The notes beneath the pieces are model-generated. The model searched no databases, was not told the DNA's origin, and was given only the letters and a program-made list of their open reading frames with translations. This document shows positions 19,581 to 29,441 of a DNA stretch of 64,000 bases, piece after piece. Within the stretch, counting starts at the first letter, position 1, and the number at the start of each line of letters is the position of its first letter. Origin of the DNA: Pseudomonadota bacterium (GTDB lineage Bacteria > Desulfobacterota > Binatia > Binatales > Binataceae); NCBI GenBank assembly GCA_021324885.1, contig JAJPIF010000028.1, forward strand, positions 35,798 through 99,797, in the 5' to 3' direction. A program made the translations under genes and the position numbers.

Positions 19581-21656
19581 ATGGCGGCGGAAGGCACTGG
19601 ACGTCAACGAGCCCAGGGACCTCAGAGTCCACCAGGACCTCAGGGACCTCGTGGATCAGGGCCCGGACCCAAAAACCAGCCTCCGGGCAATCTCTGGTTT
19701 TGGTGGCTAATCCTGGCTGCTCTGGCAGTCTGGAACATCCTTGCTTTGTGGCCTCATGGCGCACAGCCCGCCAAAATTCCCTATTCCACCTTTCTGAGCC
19801 AGGTTCGTGACAATAACGTATCTGAAGTTCACATCGTTGGCGACGACATAAGGGGTGACTTCGTAAAGCCATTAATGTGGCCGCCGGCGTCCGCGACCTC
19901 CCAGGCCAAAGCCCCACTGCAATCCGCGGCCTCGCCGCAGGCCAAAAAATCAGGAGCCCCACCGCCGGCCGAAAATGCTGCCGCCGAGCATCCTGCCAAA
20001 TACAGCACTTTCACAACGACGTTCCCGGCCGCGGTTGGAGATCCGACGCTGATCGGTTTGCTCGAAGCGCATCACGTTGTAATAAACGTCTCTTCCGCGA
20101 CGGCACCGTGGTTTCTTGACCTGCTGATCGAATGGTTCCCGATGCTGCTCCTGATCGGGTTTTTCTGGTGGATGGCGCGCCGCAGCGCGCAGAGCCAATC
20201 GGGCATGTTCGGCATCGGCCGGATCAAGGCCCGGCGTTACAGCAGCGAGATGCCTAAAGTGACTTTCAATGACGTGGCCGGGGCTGATGAAGCCAAGGCG
20301 GACCTGCAGGAAGAGGTGGATTTCCTGAAGTATCCAAAAAAGTACCATGCACTGGGAGCGCGGATTCCCAAAGGTGTCCTGCTGGTTGGCGCTCCCGGCA
20401 CCGGCAAGACGCTGCTGGCGCGCGCGGTCGCTGGTGAGGCCGGGGTGCCATTTTTCAGCCTCAATGCGTCGGAATTCGTGGAAATGTTTGTCGGGGTTGG
20501 CGCCAGCCGCGTGCGCGATCTATTCCGGCAGGCCAAGGAAGCTTCGCCGTCAATTGTTTTTATCGATGAACTGGACGCGGTCGGACGCCGCCGCGGTGCC
20601 GGTGTCGGCACCGTCAACGACGAGCGCGAGCAGACTCTCAATCAGCTTCTGGGTGAACTTGACGGTTTCGACCCCAGCACCAACGTCATTATCCTGGCCG
20701 CCACCAACCGCCCCGACGTTCTCGATCCGGCGCTGCTGCGTCCCGGCCGCTTCGATCGTCAGGTCGTGGTCCCGTTACCCGATCGGAATGGCCGCGAAGG
20801 CATCCTGCGCATTCATACCCGCAAATTGCTGCTCGGACCCGACGTGAATCTGGCAACGCTCGCCAATACCACCATAGGTATGAGCGGCGCCGATCTCGCC
20901 AATCTGTGCAACGAGGCGGCGTTGGCTGCCGCGCGGCACAACCGCGACACGGTCTCGATGGCGGATTTTGACGAGGCGCTCGATAAGATCCGCCTGGGCG
21001 CGGCTCATCCGCAGTTGATGGATCCGTCGGAGCGGCGCGTAGTCGCCTATCACGAATCCGGCCATGCGGTGGTCGCGTGGCTCACTCCCGCCGCCGACCC
21101 GGTGTACAAGGTCACGATTGTCCCTCATGGCCAGGCGCTCGGGTTGACTCAGCAGATTCCCGGAGAGGAACGTCACAACCTGAGCTATTCCTACCTGAAA
21201 GCCCGCCTGGCCGTGATGCTGGGCGGGCGCGGCGCCGAGGAGGTCGCGATCGGGGAAATCACCACTGGGGCTGAGAACGACCTGGTGGAGGCCACGCGTC
21301 TGGCGCGCCGGATGGTAACGCGATGGGGAATGGGGAAGCTTGGGTTGGCGTCATTCAAGACCGACGAACAGCAGCCCTTCCTCGGCTACGAGATCGCACA
21401 AGGCCGCGATTACAGCGAGGATACAGCGGCCAGAATCGACCACGAAGTGCGCGAGTTGCTGGAAGAAACCCACCAGGAAGTGTTGCGCCGCCTGACCAGC
21501 GTGCGCGAAAAACTGGACGACCTGGTCCGGCGGTTGCTCGTCGCGGAAACCGTCGGGGCCGAAGAATTGGAAACTATCCTGGGGCCGCGAGCCTCAAGTG
21601 CGGAATTGGCGGCACAAGCCGACGGTCACGCCGCTGGCATTGTCCCCAAATCGTAG
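19581..21656 (+). CDS. ftsH: ATP-dependent zinc metalloprotease FtsH
   Basis: Two TM helices, Walker [44 protein letters not shown]. Confidence 0.97.
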   Translation: MAAEGTGRQRAQGPQSPPGPQGPRGSGPGPKNQPPGNLWFWWLILAALAVWNILALWPHGAQPAKIPYSTFLSQVRDNNVSEVHIVGDDIRGDFVKPLMWPPASATSQAKAPLQSAASPQAKKSGAPPPAENAAAEHPAKYSTFTTTFPAAVGDPTLIGLLEAHHVVINVSSATAPWFLDLLIEWFPMLLLIGFFWWMARRSAQSQSGMFGIGRIKARRYSSEMPKVTFNDVAGADEAKADLQEEVDFLKYPKKYHALGARIPKGVLLVGAPGTGKTLLARAVAGEAGVPFFSLNASEFVEMFVGVGASRVRDLFRQAKEASPSIVFIDELDAVGRRRGAGVGTVNDEREQTLNQLLGELDGFDPSTNVIILAATNRPDVLDPALLRPGRFDRQVVVPLPDRNGREGILRIHTRKLLLGPDVNLATLANTTIGMSGADLANLCNEAALAAARHNRDTVSMADFDEALDKIRLGAAHPQLMDPSERRVVAYHESGHAVVAWLTPAADPVYKVTIVPHGQALGLTQQIPGEERHNLSYSYLKARLAVMLGGRGAEEVAIGEITTGAENDLVEATRLARRMVTRWGMGKLGLASFKTDEQQPFLGYEIAQGRDYSEDTAARIDHEVRELLEETHQEVLRRLTSVREKLDDLVRRLLVAETVGAEELETILGPRASSAELAAQADGHAAGIVPKS

Positions 21657-21665
21657 CGGATTACT

Positions 21666-21956
21666 TTACCCCTGCGCAGCCTGAGCCTTGACCCGGTTGA
21701 GGCGGCGCGCCAGACGGGAAATTTTACGCGACACCGTGTTGCGATGGATCACGCCCTTGGTCGCCGCTTTGCCTAAAACCTTCATGGCCTCGCGCAACGC
21801 CTGGCTGCTCCGTTGCGCATCGCCCGTCCCCAGCGCTTCCTGCGCGTTTTTTATCGCGTTATGCACATGAGTCTTTACCGCGCGATTGCGGGCTTTGCGT
21901 TTGAGGCTGCGTCGATGGCGTTTGATCGCCGACGGATGTACTGGCACGTGTGGCAT
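21666..21956 (-). CDS. rpsT: 30S ribosomal protein S20
   Basis: SAIKRHR, RNRAVK, KGVIHRNTVSRKISRL. Confidence 0.96.
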   Translation of the reverse strand: MPHVPVHPSAIKRHRRSLKRKARNRAVKTHVHNAIKNAQEALGTGDAQRSSQALREAMKVLGKAATKGVIHRNTVSRKISRLARRLNRVKAQAAQG

Positions 21957-21967
21957 ATCGGCCTAGT

Positions 21968-21996
21968 AGGCTAGATGTACCGTCCTTGCCAGTCAA
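21968..21996 (-). promoter_or_regulatory. Sigma-70 promoter of rpsT
   Basis: Minus strand TTGACT-17 bp-TAGCCT, 11 nt before ATG. Confidence 0.65.
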
Positions 21997-22124
21997 CATA
22001 AGGGATGCCGGTTGTCATTAAACATTGGAAACATCTTCAGGGCATAAATTTGAAGTCGAGGTAGAGCCGTGCGATGGAGGGTATCAATGGCGCTGGAAGT
22101 TTTCTCTGAGGGACGGAGCAGGCG

Positions 22125-22958
22125 ATGAAATTTGGCATCCTGAGCTACGCGACCGAATACACGGTCTCGCCGCCTGAACTGGCGCGCGCGGTCGAACAGC
22201 GCGGCTTTGACTCGCTATGGCTGCCCGAACACACGCACATCCCGGTCTCGCGCCGCTCTCCATATCCGATGGGCGGAGAACTGCCCCGGGATTATCTGCA
22301 CATATCGGATCCGTTCGTCGGACTCGCCGCCGCTGCCGCGGTCACCACGCGCATCAAATTGGGAACGGCGATCTGCCTGGTGGTCGAACATGATCCGCTG
22401 GTGCTGGCCAAAAAGGTCGCCAGTCTCGATCTCATGTCGGGCGGGCGGTTCATCTTCGGCATTGGCGCAGGATGGAACGCGGAGGAGATGGAGAATCACG
22501 GAACCGCGTTTGCTACACGCTACCGCTTGCTGCGCGAGCGGATGGACGCGATGAAGAAACTGTGGAGCGAGGAGCGCGCGGAGTTTCACGGGAAATTCGT
22601 CAACTTCGATCCCGTATGGTCCTATCCCAAACCGGTGCAGAAACCGTGGCCGCCGATCTATTTTGGCGGTCATACGCCGTCGGCCAGGCAGCGGGTGGCT
22701 GATTTGTACGACGGCTGGATGCCCACGATCATGCGCGACTTGCTGGGCGGTGTCCAAGACCTGCGCCGGCGCGTGGCTGAGGCCGGCCGCGACCCGAAAT
22801 CGGTAAGTGTAACCACGCTGTGGTTTAAGCCGGATCGCGCCCGCCTGGACAGTTTGGAAGCTGCCGGTGTCGATCGAGTCGTCATGGGAGTGCCTTCGGC
22901 GCCGTTCGACGTGGTCATGCGCAAGCTGGACGAACTGGCCAAACTTGCCCGGCTCTGA
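22125..22958 (+). CDS. LLM class (probably F420-dependent) oxidoreductase
   Basis: GFDSLWLPEHTHIP, GIGAGWNAEEM, PKPVQKP; Rv2161c-like. Confidence 0.9.
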   Translation: MKFGILSYATEYTVSPPELARAVEQRGFDSLWLPEHTHIPVSRRSPYPMGGELPRDYLHISDPFVGLAAAAAVTTRIKLGTAICLVVEHDPLVLAKKVASLDLMSGGRFIFGIGAGWNAEEMENHGTAFATRYRLLRERMDAMKKLWSEERAEFHGKFVNFDPVWSYPKPVQKPWPPIYFGGHTPSARQRVADLYDGWMPTIMRDLLGGVQDLRRRVAEAGRDPKSVSVTTLWFKPDRARLDSLEAAGVDRVVMGVPSAPFDVVMRKLDELAKLARL

Positions 22959-23030
22959 AGCCGGACGTTTGAACAAACGGGTGAGCCAATTGACCGCGTT
23001 GTCCCAGGCGTAACGCCTGAAGGGAAGCTC

Positions 23031-23843
23031 ATGGAAGCAAAACAGCCGACGAACCGATCGCGCGGCCAGACCGCAATAATCACCGGCGCCAGCCGCGGGA
23101 TCGGCAAACAGATCGCGCTGCGGCTGGCCCGCAACGGTTTTAACCTGGTGCTGGCCGCGCGCACGATGGATGCGGGTCAGAGCCGATGGCCCGGGTCGCT
23201 GGCGGAGACCGCCGCCGAAGTGCGCGAACTGGGTGTGCGCGTGACACCGATCCGCTGCGACGTGACCAGGCGCATCGAGGTCGAGGCGATGTGCCAAACC
23301 GCGCTGGCCGAGTATGGCGCGATCGACGTCCTCGTCAACAACGCCCTTTACCTGGGACCCGGCAACTACAATGCGTTTTTGCAAACCTCGCTGGATACCT
23401 GGGCCTTCAATATCGAGGCTAACCTGATGGCGGCGGTGGTCGCCAGCAAAGCGTGCCTGCCTTCGATGCTTGCGAAGCGCCGCGGCGTCATCCTTAACCT
23501 TACCTCCGCTGCGGCGACCATGACCGCGTCTTCCCCGGGCGCGACAGGAATTGGAGCGCCGTATGCCGTTTCCAAGGCGGCGTTGAACCGCTTCGTGGTG
23601 GCGCTGGCGCTGGAAGCGCGCGACGCCGGTATTGGAGTGTTTGCGCTGGATCCGGGCGCGGTGCTGACCGAGCGCGCCGACCAGGAGATTCGCCGGGGCA
23701 GCCGGCCTTACATCGCGCGCCAGCCGATGGATATTCCCGCGGCGGCTGCGGAATATCTGTGTTGTCGCTGCCCACTCGACCTGAGCGGGCAAGTGCTGGA
23801 AGCGCGCGTTCTGGTTGAACGCTTCAAACTTGCGCAGCCATAG
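23031..23843 (+). CDS. Short-chain dehydrogenase/reductase
   Basis: TGASRGIG, LVNNA, YAVSK. Confidence 0.92.
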   Translation: MEAKQPTNRSRGQTAIITGASRGIGKQIALRLARNGFNLVLAARTMDAGQSRWPGSLAETAAEVRELGVRVTPIRCDVTRRIEVEAMCQTALAEYGAIDVLVNNALYLGPGNYNAFLQTSLDTWAFNIEANLMAAVVASKACLPSMLAKRRGVILNLTSAAATMTASSPGATGIGAPYAVSKAALNRFVVALALEARDAGIGVFALDPGAVLTERADQEIRRGSRPYIARQPMDIPAAAAEYLCCRCPLDLSGQVLEARVLVERFKLAQP

Positions 23844-24027
23844 CCCCGTCGCGGGACGCGTAAGCACGGTCGTTCACGCTTTGGCCGCGGCTGCTGGACG
23901 CGCAATGCGACTGCGCTTGAGCCGCTCGATTTCAGCAAGGATGTAGCGCAATTCCTTGAGTATCGCGTCGTTCACGGCGCTCGTGTCTTTCGAGCAGCAG
24001 CTTCGCGGACCGGAGTTCAGATAGCCG

Positions 24028-26292
24028 TCAAGCCGCCCGTTCGACAGTAAACAGCCGCGCGGGCACTTCCGCGGTGCTGCGGCGAGGATTGGGATTGACC
24101 ACGGCAAGGACGCACAGGTAGAGCAAGGGAATCGCTCCGCCGATGATGAACAAGGCGTCTCCGGGCAACCGCAACCATTCCAGGAAATGCACCCAGCCGG
24201 TGGTGATGAACCGGGGAGCGCGCGCATGCCAATAGCCGACTGCAACCGCGTCGTACAACTGCACGATTCCCACCGGGAACAGATTACAGAACGCCATCCA
24301 GGCAAGCCCGATGTTCAGCGACAGGAAAGATAATTGCGCGGCGCGCTCGCTCCACGCTTCGGGCCGCATCAGGTAACGCAGGCAGAAGAGCAGCAGGCCG
24401 ATCGCCAGCATCCCATAGACGCCCATCATCGCAGTGTGAGCGTGATTGGCAGTAAGCCCCGTGCCGATTTCGTAGTAACTGACCACGGGCAGATTGATCA
24501 GAAATCCGAACACTCCCGCGCCCAGAAAGTTCCAGAAACCGGTGGCGACCAGGAACCATACGGCCCAGCGATGGGGATGGTCCTGACCGGCGGTTGATTG
24601 GCCGCCCGAGCGCATGAAGCCCCATGCTTCCAGCGTGAGCATCAGCAGCGGGATCACCTCCATGGCCGAGAACGCAGCGCCCAGGGCCATATGCGCCGCC
24701 GGCATTCCGCTGAAATAGAGATGATGCATCGTGCCCACCACGCCGCCAATCGAATACAGGATGATATCCAGATAGATGACGCGCAGCGCGGTCCTTTCCG
24801 TGACCATGCCCAGCAGGACGAAGACGTAGGCAACGACCACGGTGGTGAAGAGTTCCAGAAAGTCCTCGACCCACAGATGAACCACCCAGAAGCGCCAGAA
24901 ATCGGTGATAACGAAGCCGCTGCGTGGATTGACCAGCAAACCCACCGCATAAAACGCGGGAATTGCCAGCGCGGCGTAAAATAACATCCAGGGCAGATTG
25001 CCCTGGCGCTGGCTTTCCAGCGCGCCCGCGAGTCCGCGCCAGAGGATAAATACCCACAGCGCCAACCCCGCGATCAGACCGATCTGCCATAAGCGGCCAA
25101 GGTCCAAATACTCAAACCCCTGATCGCCGATCCAAAACCACCAGCGCCGGATCCATCCCTGAATACTTCCATATTCGCCGGCCATGCTGCCGAACACCAC
25201 GATCGCCACGGCCACCAGCAGGATAATCGTCAGTGCGCGCTGCCCGCGTGGTTCGCGGCCGCTGATCAACGGCGCGATGAAAATGCCGGTGGCCAGGTAG
25301 GATGCAGAGACCCAGAAGATCGCGAGCTGTACGTGCCACGTCCGCACCAGATTGTAAGGCAGCAGCCGAGAGACATCGACGCCGAAAAAGTTGGCCGGTT
25401 CGGCACGATAATGGGCCGCCAATCCTCCCAACAGCGTTTGCATCAGGAACAACAGGGATGCGACCAGCAGGAACCACACGATGGTGCGTTGTGCAGGGGT
25501 AGGCGCGTAATCCTCGACCGGAAGAAAGCGCAGCGCTCGGCGCTCCTCGGTCCATCCCAGCCAGTCGTAGCGCCCGAAAAGAAACAGCACCAGGCCGGTG
25601 CCGCCCAACACAAAGACAATCGAGATAGCGCTCCAGATGACGGCATCCGCGGTGACATGGTTGCCAGCCAGCGGTTCCGGCGGCCAGTTGTTGGTGTAGG
25701 AGTAAGAATGTCCCGGCCGGTTGGCGGCCGCGGTCCACGCCGTCCAGGCGAAGAAGTCCACCATTTTGGCGATGTCCGCGGGATCGCTGATCAGGCGAGC
25801 CTGCAATCCCGCCGCTGGTTCGGGCGCGGAAAACATCCGCTGGTAATGCGCCAACAGCGCCCGGTATGCGTCAGCGCGCGCGGCGCTCCATGTAAGCGTG
25901 TCGGCCGCTCTGTTGTAGGTGTTTGCGTGCAGTTCAGCGATCACCCGCGTGGCGGCGGATTCAGGCGCGCCGGTTTGAGCATATCTGGCCCGCAGATAAA
26001 GCGCCTCACGGTGAAGATAATCGGTGGTGAAGTCGGGACCGAGATATGCGCCATGCCCATATATGGTGCCATATTCCATCATGCCGTAGCGCTCGAATAC
26101 GTTCATCCCGTCCAGGATGTCGTTGCGCGTAATGATGAGGCCGCCGTTGGCGTCGAGCACCCGCGCCGGGATCGGCGGCTGCTCTGCATAACCCAGATAG
26201 GCAAGGAACCCCAGGATACTGAATCCGACCAGGTAAGTGAGAATTGCACCCTGCATCCACCAGCGTGAGATCGGCAGATTGCGCCTTGTCAT
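24028..26292 (-). CDS. norB: Quinol-dependent nitric oxide reductase (qNOR, single subunit)
   Basis: GHGAYLGPDFT, YTNNWP, RTWHVQL, EYLDLGR, VHLWVEDFLE, GTMHHLY, NHAHTA; GGAGG RBS. Confidence 0.95.
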   Translation of the reverse strand: MTRRNLPISRWWMQGAILTYLVGFSILGFLAYLGYAEQPPIPARVLDANGGLIITRNDILDGMNVFERYGMMEYGTIYGHGAYLGPDFTTDYLHREALYLRARYAQTGAPESAATRVIAELHANTYNRAADTLTWSAARADAYRALLAHYQRMFSAPEPAAGLQARLISDPADIAKMVDFFAWTAWTAAANRPGHSYSYTNNWPPEPLAGNHVTADAVIWSAISIVFVLGGTGLVLFLFGRYDWLGWTEERRALRFLPVEDYAPTPAQRTIVWFLLVASLLFLMQTLLGGLAAHYRAEPANFFGVDVSRLLPYNLVRTWHVQLAIFWVSASYLATGIFIAPLISGREPRGQRALTIILLVAVAIVVFGSMAGEYGSIQGWIRRWWFWIGDQGFEYLDLGRLWQIGLIAGLALWVFILWRGLAGALESQRQGNLPWMLFYAALAIPAFYAVGLLVNPRSGFVITDFWRFWVVHLWVEDFLELFTTVVVAYVFVLLGMVTERTALRVIYLDIILYSIGGVVGTMHHLYFSGMPAAHMALGAAFSAMEVIPLLMLTLEAWGFMRSGGQSTAGQDHPHRWAVWFLVATGFWNFLGAGVFGFLINLPVVSYYEIGTGLTANHAHTAMMGVYGMLAIGLLLFCLRYLMRPEAWSERAAQLSFLSLNIGLAWMAFCNLFPVGIVQLYDAVAVGYWHARAPRFITTGWVHFLEWLRLPGDALFIIGGAIPLLYLCVLAVVNPNPRRSTAEVPARLFTVERAA

Positions 26293-26449
26293 CCCTGCAC
26301 CTCCGAACACAGCATTTATGGTTCAGCGAAATCTGTAAAAGGATTAATCGAACTTTGCGAGTATGATTTGCGGCTGGTTTACGGACCCTGTTCCCAGCCT
26401 TGCGCTCGGCGCGATGGGCTACCGCAGGCGACATTTTTCATCCGAATTT

Positions 26450-26463
26450 TTGATGCAAATCAG
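26450..26463. promoter_or_regulatory. FNR/DNR-type box upstream of qNOR
   Basis: TTGAT-GCAA-ATCAG, 9/10 match to TTGAT-N4-ATCAA, about 160 bp upstream of norB. Confidence 0.5.
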
Positions 26464-27122
26464 GGATTTTCGAGCTTCTTAACCAGCGCGTCGTAGCCCT
26501 GGCCGTTGATGATCCGGGCGTATTCCTTGCGGTAGCTATCCACTTCGCTTATGCCACCGATGTCGATGTCGTAAACTTTCCAGCTCCCGTCTTTGCGTAT
26601 CAGCATGTAATTCATCTCGAGCGGTTCGGCCAGCATTGGATTGACGACGTTGGTATAAACTTGCGCGCGATCGGCGCCGTTGGGGTTTTCCCTGACGAAA
26701 TTGATCTGCGCGCCGGAATAATCTTCGATGATCTTCACGTAACGGCGCTCCAGTCTTTGATGGAACAGCGCAACGAATTGTTCGCGCTGGTCCGGCCGAA
26801 GCTTCTTCCAATATGGGCCGAGCGAGGAGCGCGCCATAGCGTCGAAGTCGAAAGTGTTGTCCAGCAACTTGAGCAGTTCGGTCCTTTTGGTTTGCGGCGC
26901 GGATTTGTAATCCGGATTGGCCAGGACCTTGCGCGCGCTGGCTACCGCCGACTGCACCAGCGCCATGGCGCTATCCGCCGCCGCAGGCGCCGCCCTGCAA
27001 ATGGCCAAAGCTATTAGCGCGAGAAAAGCGGCCGGCGGGCCGATGCGAGCACGGGTCCGAGAACGGGCCTGAGCAGCCGCGAAATCAGGCGATCCTGAAC
27101 CGTTGACGATTCCTGTTGCCAT
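26460..27122 (-). CDS. MlaC/Ttg2D family phospholipid-binding periplasmic protein
   Basis: FDFDAMARSSLG, WKVYDIDIGGIS...YRKEY; signal peptide; start uncertain. Confidence 0.85.
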   Translation of the reverse strand: MATGIVNGSGSPDFAAAQARSRTRARIGPPAAFLALIALAICRAAPAAADSAMALVQSAVASARKVLANPDYKSAPQTKRTELLKLLDNTFDFDAMARSSLGPYWKKLRPDQREQFVALFHQRLERRYVKIIEDYSGAQINFVRENPNGADRAQVYTNVVNPMLAEPLEMNYMLIRKDGSWKVYDIDIGGISEVDSYRKEYARIINGQGYDALVKKLENP

Positions 27123-27274
27123 CGCAACCGCCTCCGGGCCAGTGTTCAAGCCGCGCCGATCATGGAGCAAACCGCCGTCCGGGAGCAAGCGAATCGCCGT
27201 GTAGGCGCTTGCCGTTGCTCGTGGCGGCGCGATATGCGAACAATCGTTCCAATCATCGCGGCAGGTATTCATCG

Positions 27275-28087
27275 ATGGCTTACGAGCAGATTCTTTATGA
27301 CACATCGGATCGGATCGCGACTATCACGCTGAATCGTCCCGACCGCATGAATGCGATGCCGCCGAAGATGATCGGGGAGATCCACGACGCGCTCCAGCAA
27401 GCCGATCGCGACGACAGCGTACGCGTGGTCCTCGTCACCGGCGCGGGCAAGGCATTTTGCTCGGGCATGGACATGGACGTGCTGCGCACGCCGGCGGCCC
27501 GGGTGATGGAGGAGGCAAAGGAGCACAACCGCCGCGACGAGCATCTGAAGCCCGACTTTCGCGGCGCATTTTCCTACATGCTGGCGCTGCGCAAGCCGAT
27601 TATCGGCGCGATCAACGGCGTGTGCGTCGGCGTGGGTTTCACCTGCGCATTGTATTTCGATATCCGCGTCGCTGCCGAGAGCGCCCGCATGGGAATCCTC
27701 TATCCGCGCCGCGGCCTGTCGATCGAAGAAGGCGCAAGCTGGATGCTGCCGCGGCTGATCGGGCTGGCGGACGCGATCGAGCTGGTGGTCACGGGACGAA
27801 CCCTGAGCGCGCGCGAGGCCCTTGAACGCCGTCTCGTGACCCACGTCTTCCCCGACGATCAACTGATGGCGAAGGCGCGCGAACTGGCGGCCGAAATCGC
27901 GACTCAATGCTCGCCGGTGGGCGTGGCGGTGGCGCGCCGGATGGTTTACGAGCACATGCTGACGGATCTGGCCACGGCCATCCGCGAAGACTTCCAGGAG
28001 CTGAACAAACTATTCGGCGGCGCCGACTTCCGCGAAGGCATCAAAGCCTTCATGCAGCGCCGTCCCCCGAATTTCCCCGGCCGCTAA
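27275..28087 (+). CDS. Enoyl-CoA hydratase/isomerase family protein
   Basis: ITLNRPDRMNA, GAGKAFCSGMD, KPIIGAING, DFREGIKAF. Confidence 0.92.
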   Translation: MAYEQILYDTSDRIATITLNRPDRMNAMPPKMIGEIHDALQQADRDDSVRVVLVTGAGKAFCSGMDMDVLRTPAARVMEEAKEHNRRDEHLKPDFRGAFSYMLALRKPIIGAINGVCVGVGFTCALYFDIRVAAESARMGILYPRRGLSIEEGASWMLPRLIGLADAIELVVTGRTLSAREALERRLVTHVFPDDQLMAKARELAAEIATQCSPVGVAVARRMVYEHMLTDLATAIREDFQELNKLFGGADFREGIKAFMQRRPPNFPGR

Positions 28088-28583
28088 CGGTTGAAACGAG
28101 CCTGACCCGACCATTGGCCCCTGGTCGCCCTCAGGCGCGATTCCTGTGCAGAGGGCCGGATTTGAATACTCAACGTTCTCAACGCACGTCACGTAGGTGG
28201 GTGGCGGCGCCCGGGTTTTGATTGGACTCGTTGTGTGCGCGGGCGCGGCTTGGAATGACGGAGCGCACAGCCCGCTTTGCGCGGCATGTTCTGACAAAGG
28301 ATGGATAGCTGGAAGGAAGCGCGTTTGAGCCAAGCCGAAATTGCGCAAGCCGCCCAAGGATTCCCGACGCGTGGTTAAGTACGCCGGCGCGCTGAAGACC
28401 GTGCGTAATTACTTCGGCGTCATGCTTTGCGTCTTTGCGCAAGCTCAGAAGCGTCGCCGTGGCGGGCAATCCAGCTCCAAGGCCGCGTTCTGAACCCTGG
28501 CGCCATCCAGGCGCCAGCACTTGAATCAAGTAAAACTGCGCTTAATGGCAAGCGCCCGATGCTGATAAACAGCCGATTTTTAA

Positions 28584-28659
28584 TGGTGGGCAGGGACAGA
28601 ATCGAACTGTCGACACAAGGATTTTCAGTCCTTTGCTCTACCGACTGAGCTACCTGCCC
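28584..28659 (-). tRNA. tRNA-Phe(GAA)
   Basis: Reverse complement GGGCAGGTAGCTCAGTCGGTAGAGCAAAGGACTGAAAATCCTTGTGTCGACAGTTCGATTCTGTCCCTGCCCACCA; 76 nt, anticodon GAA, encoded CCA; TATAAT upstream. Confidence 0.98.
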
Positions 28660-28784
28660 GTTTCCTTGATAGGCTTGGTCAGAGGATTATAGCTACCCGT
28701 CCGCGCTGCGGCGTGCAACTCCCCCTCCTGATGTTAGGTTGCGCGACGGCTGGGGCTGGGGTGATCGGGCGTGAGACAACCGAC

Positions 28785-29384
28785 CTAGGCCGTCTTGCTC
28801 TGGCGCGACTCCAGAATTTCGTCGACGATGCCGTATTCCATCGCCTGCTGGGCGCTCATGAAGCTGTCGCGCTCGGTGTCCTTTTCGATCCGCCGCACGG
28901 TCTGGCCGGTGTGCTGCGCCAGGATATTGTTGAGCGTCTCGCGCAGCCGCAGCGCCTCGCGCGCGTGCAGCTCGATGTCCGAGGCCTGACCCTCGACCGA
29001 ACCCGACAGTTGATGGATCATCACGCGCGAATGGGGCAGGGCGTAGCGCCGTCCTTTGGTGCCGGCAGCAAGCAGCACCGCGCCCATGCTCGCCGCCTGA
29101 CCCACGCACAGAGTTGAGATCGAAGGCTTGATGAACTGCATGGTGTCGTAGATGGCGAGTCCGGCGGTCACCGATCCGCCCGGCGAGTTGATGTAAAGAT
29201 TGATCTCCTGCTCGGGATTTTCGGCTTCCAGAAACAGCAACTGGGCCGAAATCAGGTTGGCCACGTCGTCGTTGATGCCGCCGCCGAGAAAAACGATGCG
29301 GTCACGAAGCAGCCGCGAGTAGATGTCATAGGAGCGCTCGCCGCGTCCGGTTTGCTCCACCACGTAAGGTATTAAAACGCTCAT
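28785..29384 (-). CDS. clpP: ATP-dependent Clp protease proteolytic subunit
   Basis: [29 protein letters not shown]. Confidence 0.97.
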   Translation of the reverse strand: MSVLIPYVVEQTGRGERSYDIYSRLLRDRIVFLGGGINDDVANLISAQLLFLEAENPEQEINLYINSPGGSVTAGLAIYDTMQFIKPSISTLCVGQAASMGAVLLAAGTKGRRYALPHSRVMIHQLSGSVEGQASDIELHAREALRLRETLNNILAQHTGQTVRRIEKDTERDSFMSAQQAMEYGIVDEILESRQSKTA

Positions 29385-29441
29385 AACTCAAGTATTACCG
29401 CATCCGCGCGTCAGGTCGAGTGCTCCAAAATGCGCCCGCGA

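Noticed and set aside
22215-23867. 550-aa minus-strand ORF
   Set aside because: Antisense to two well-supported genes, with no motifs
24028-26292. Nitric oxide dismutase (NOD) assignment
   Set aside because: FeB His ligands, the catalytic Glu and the RTWH His are intact, as in qNOR
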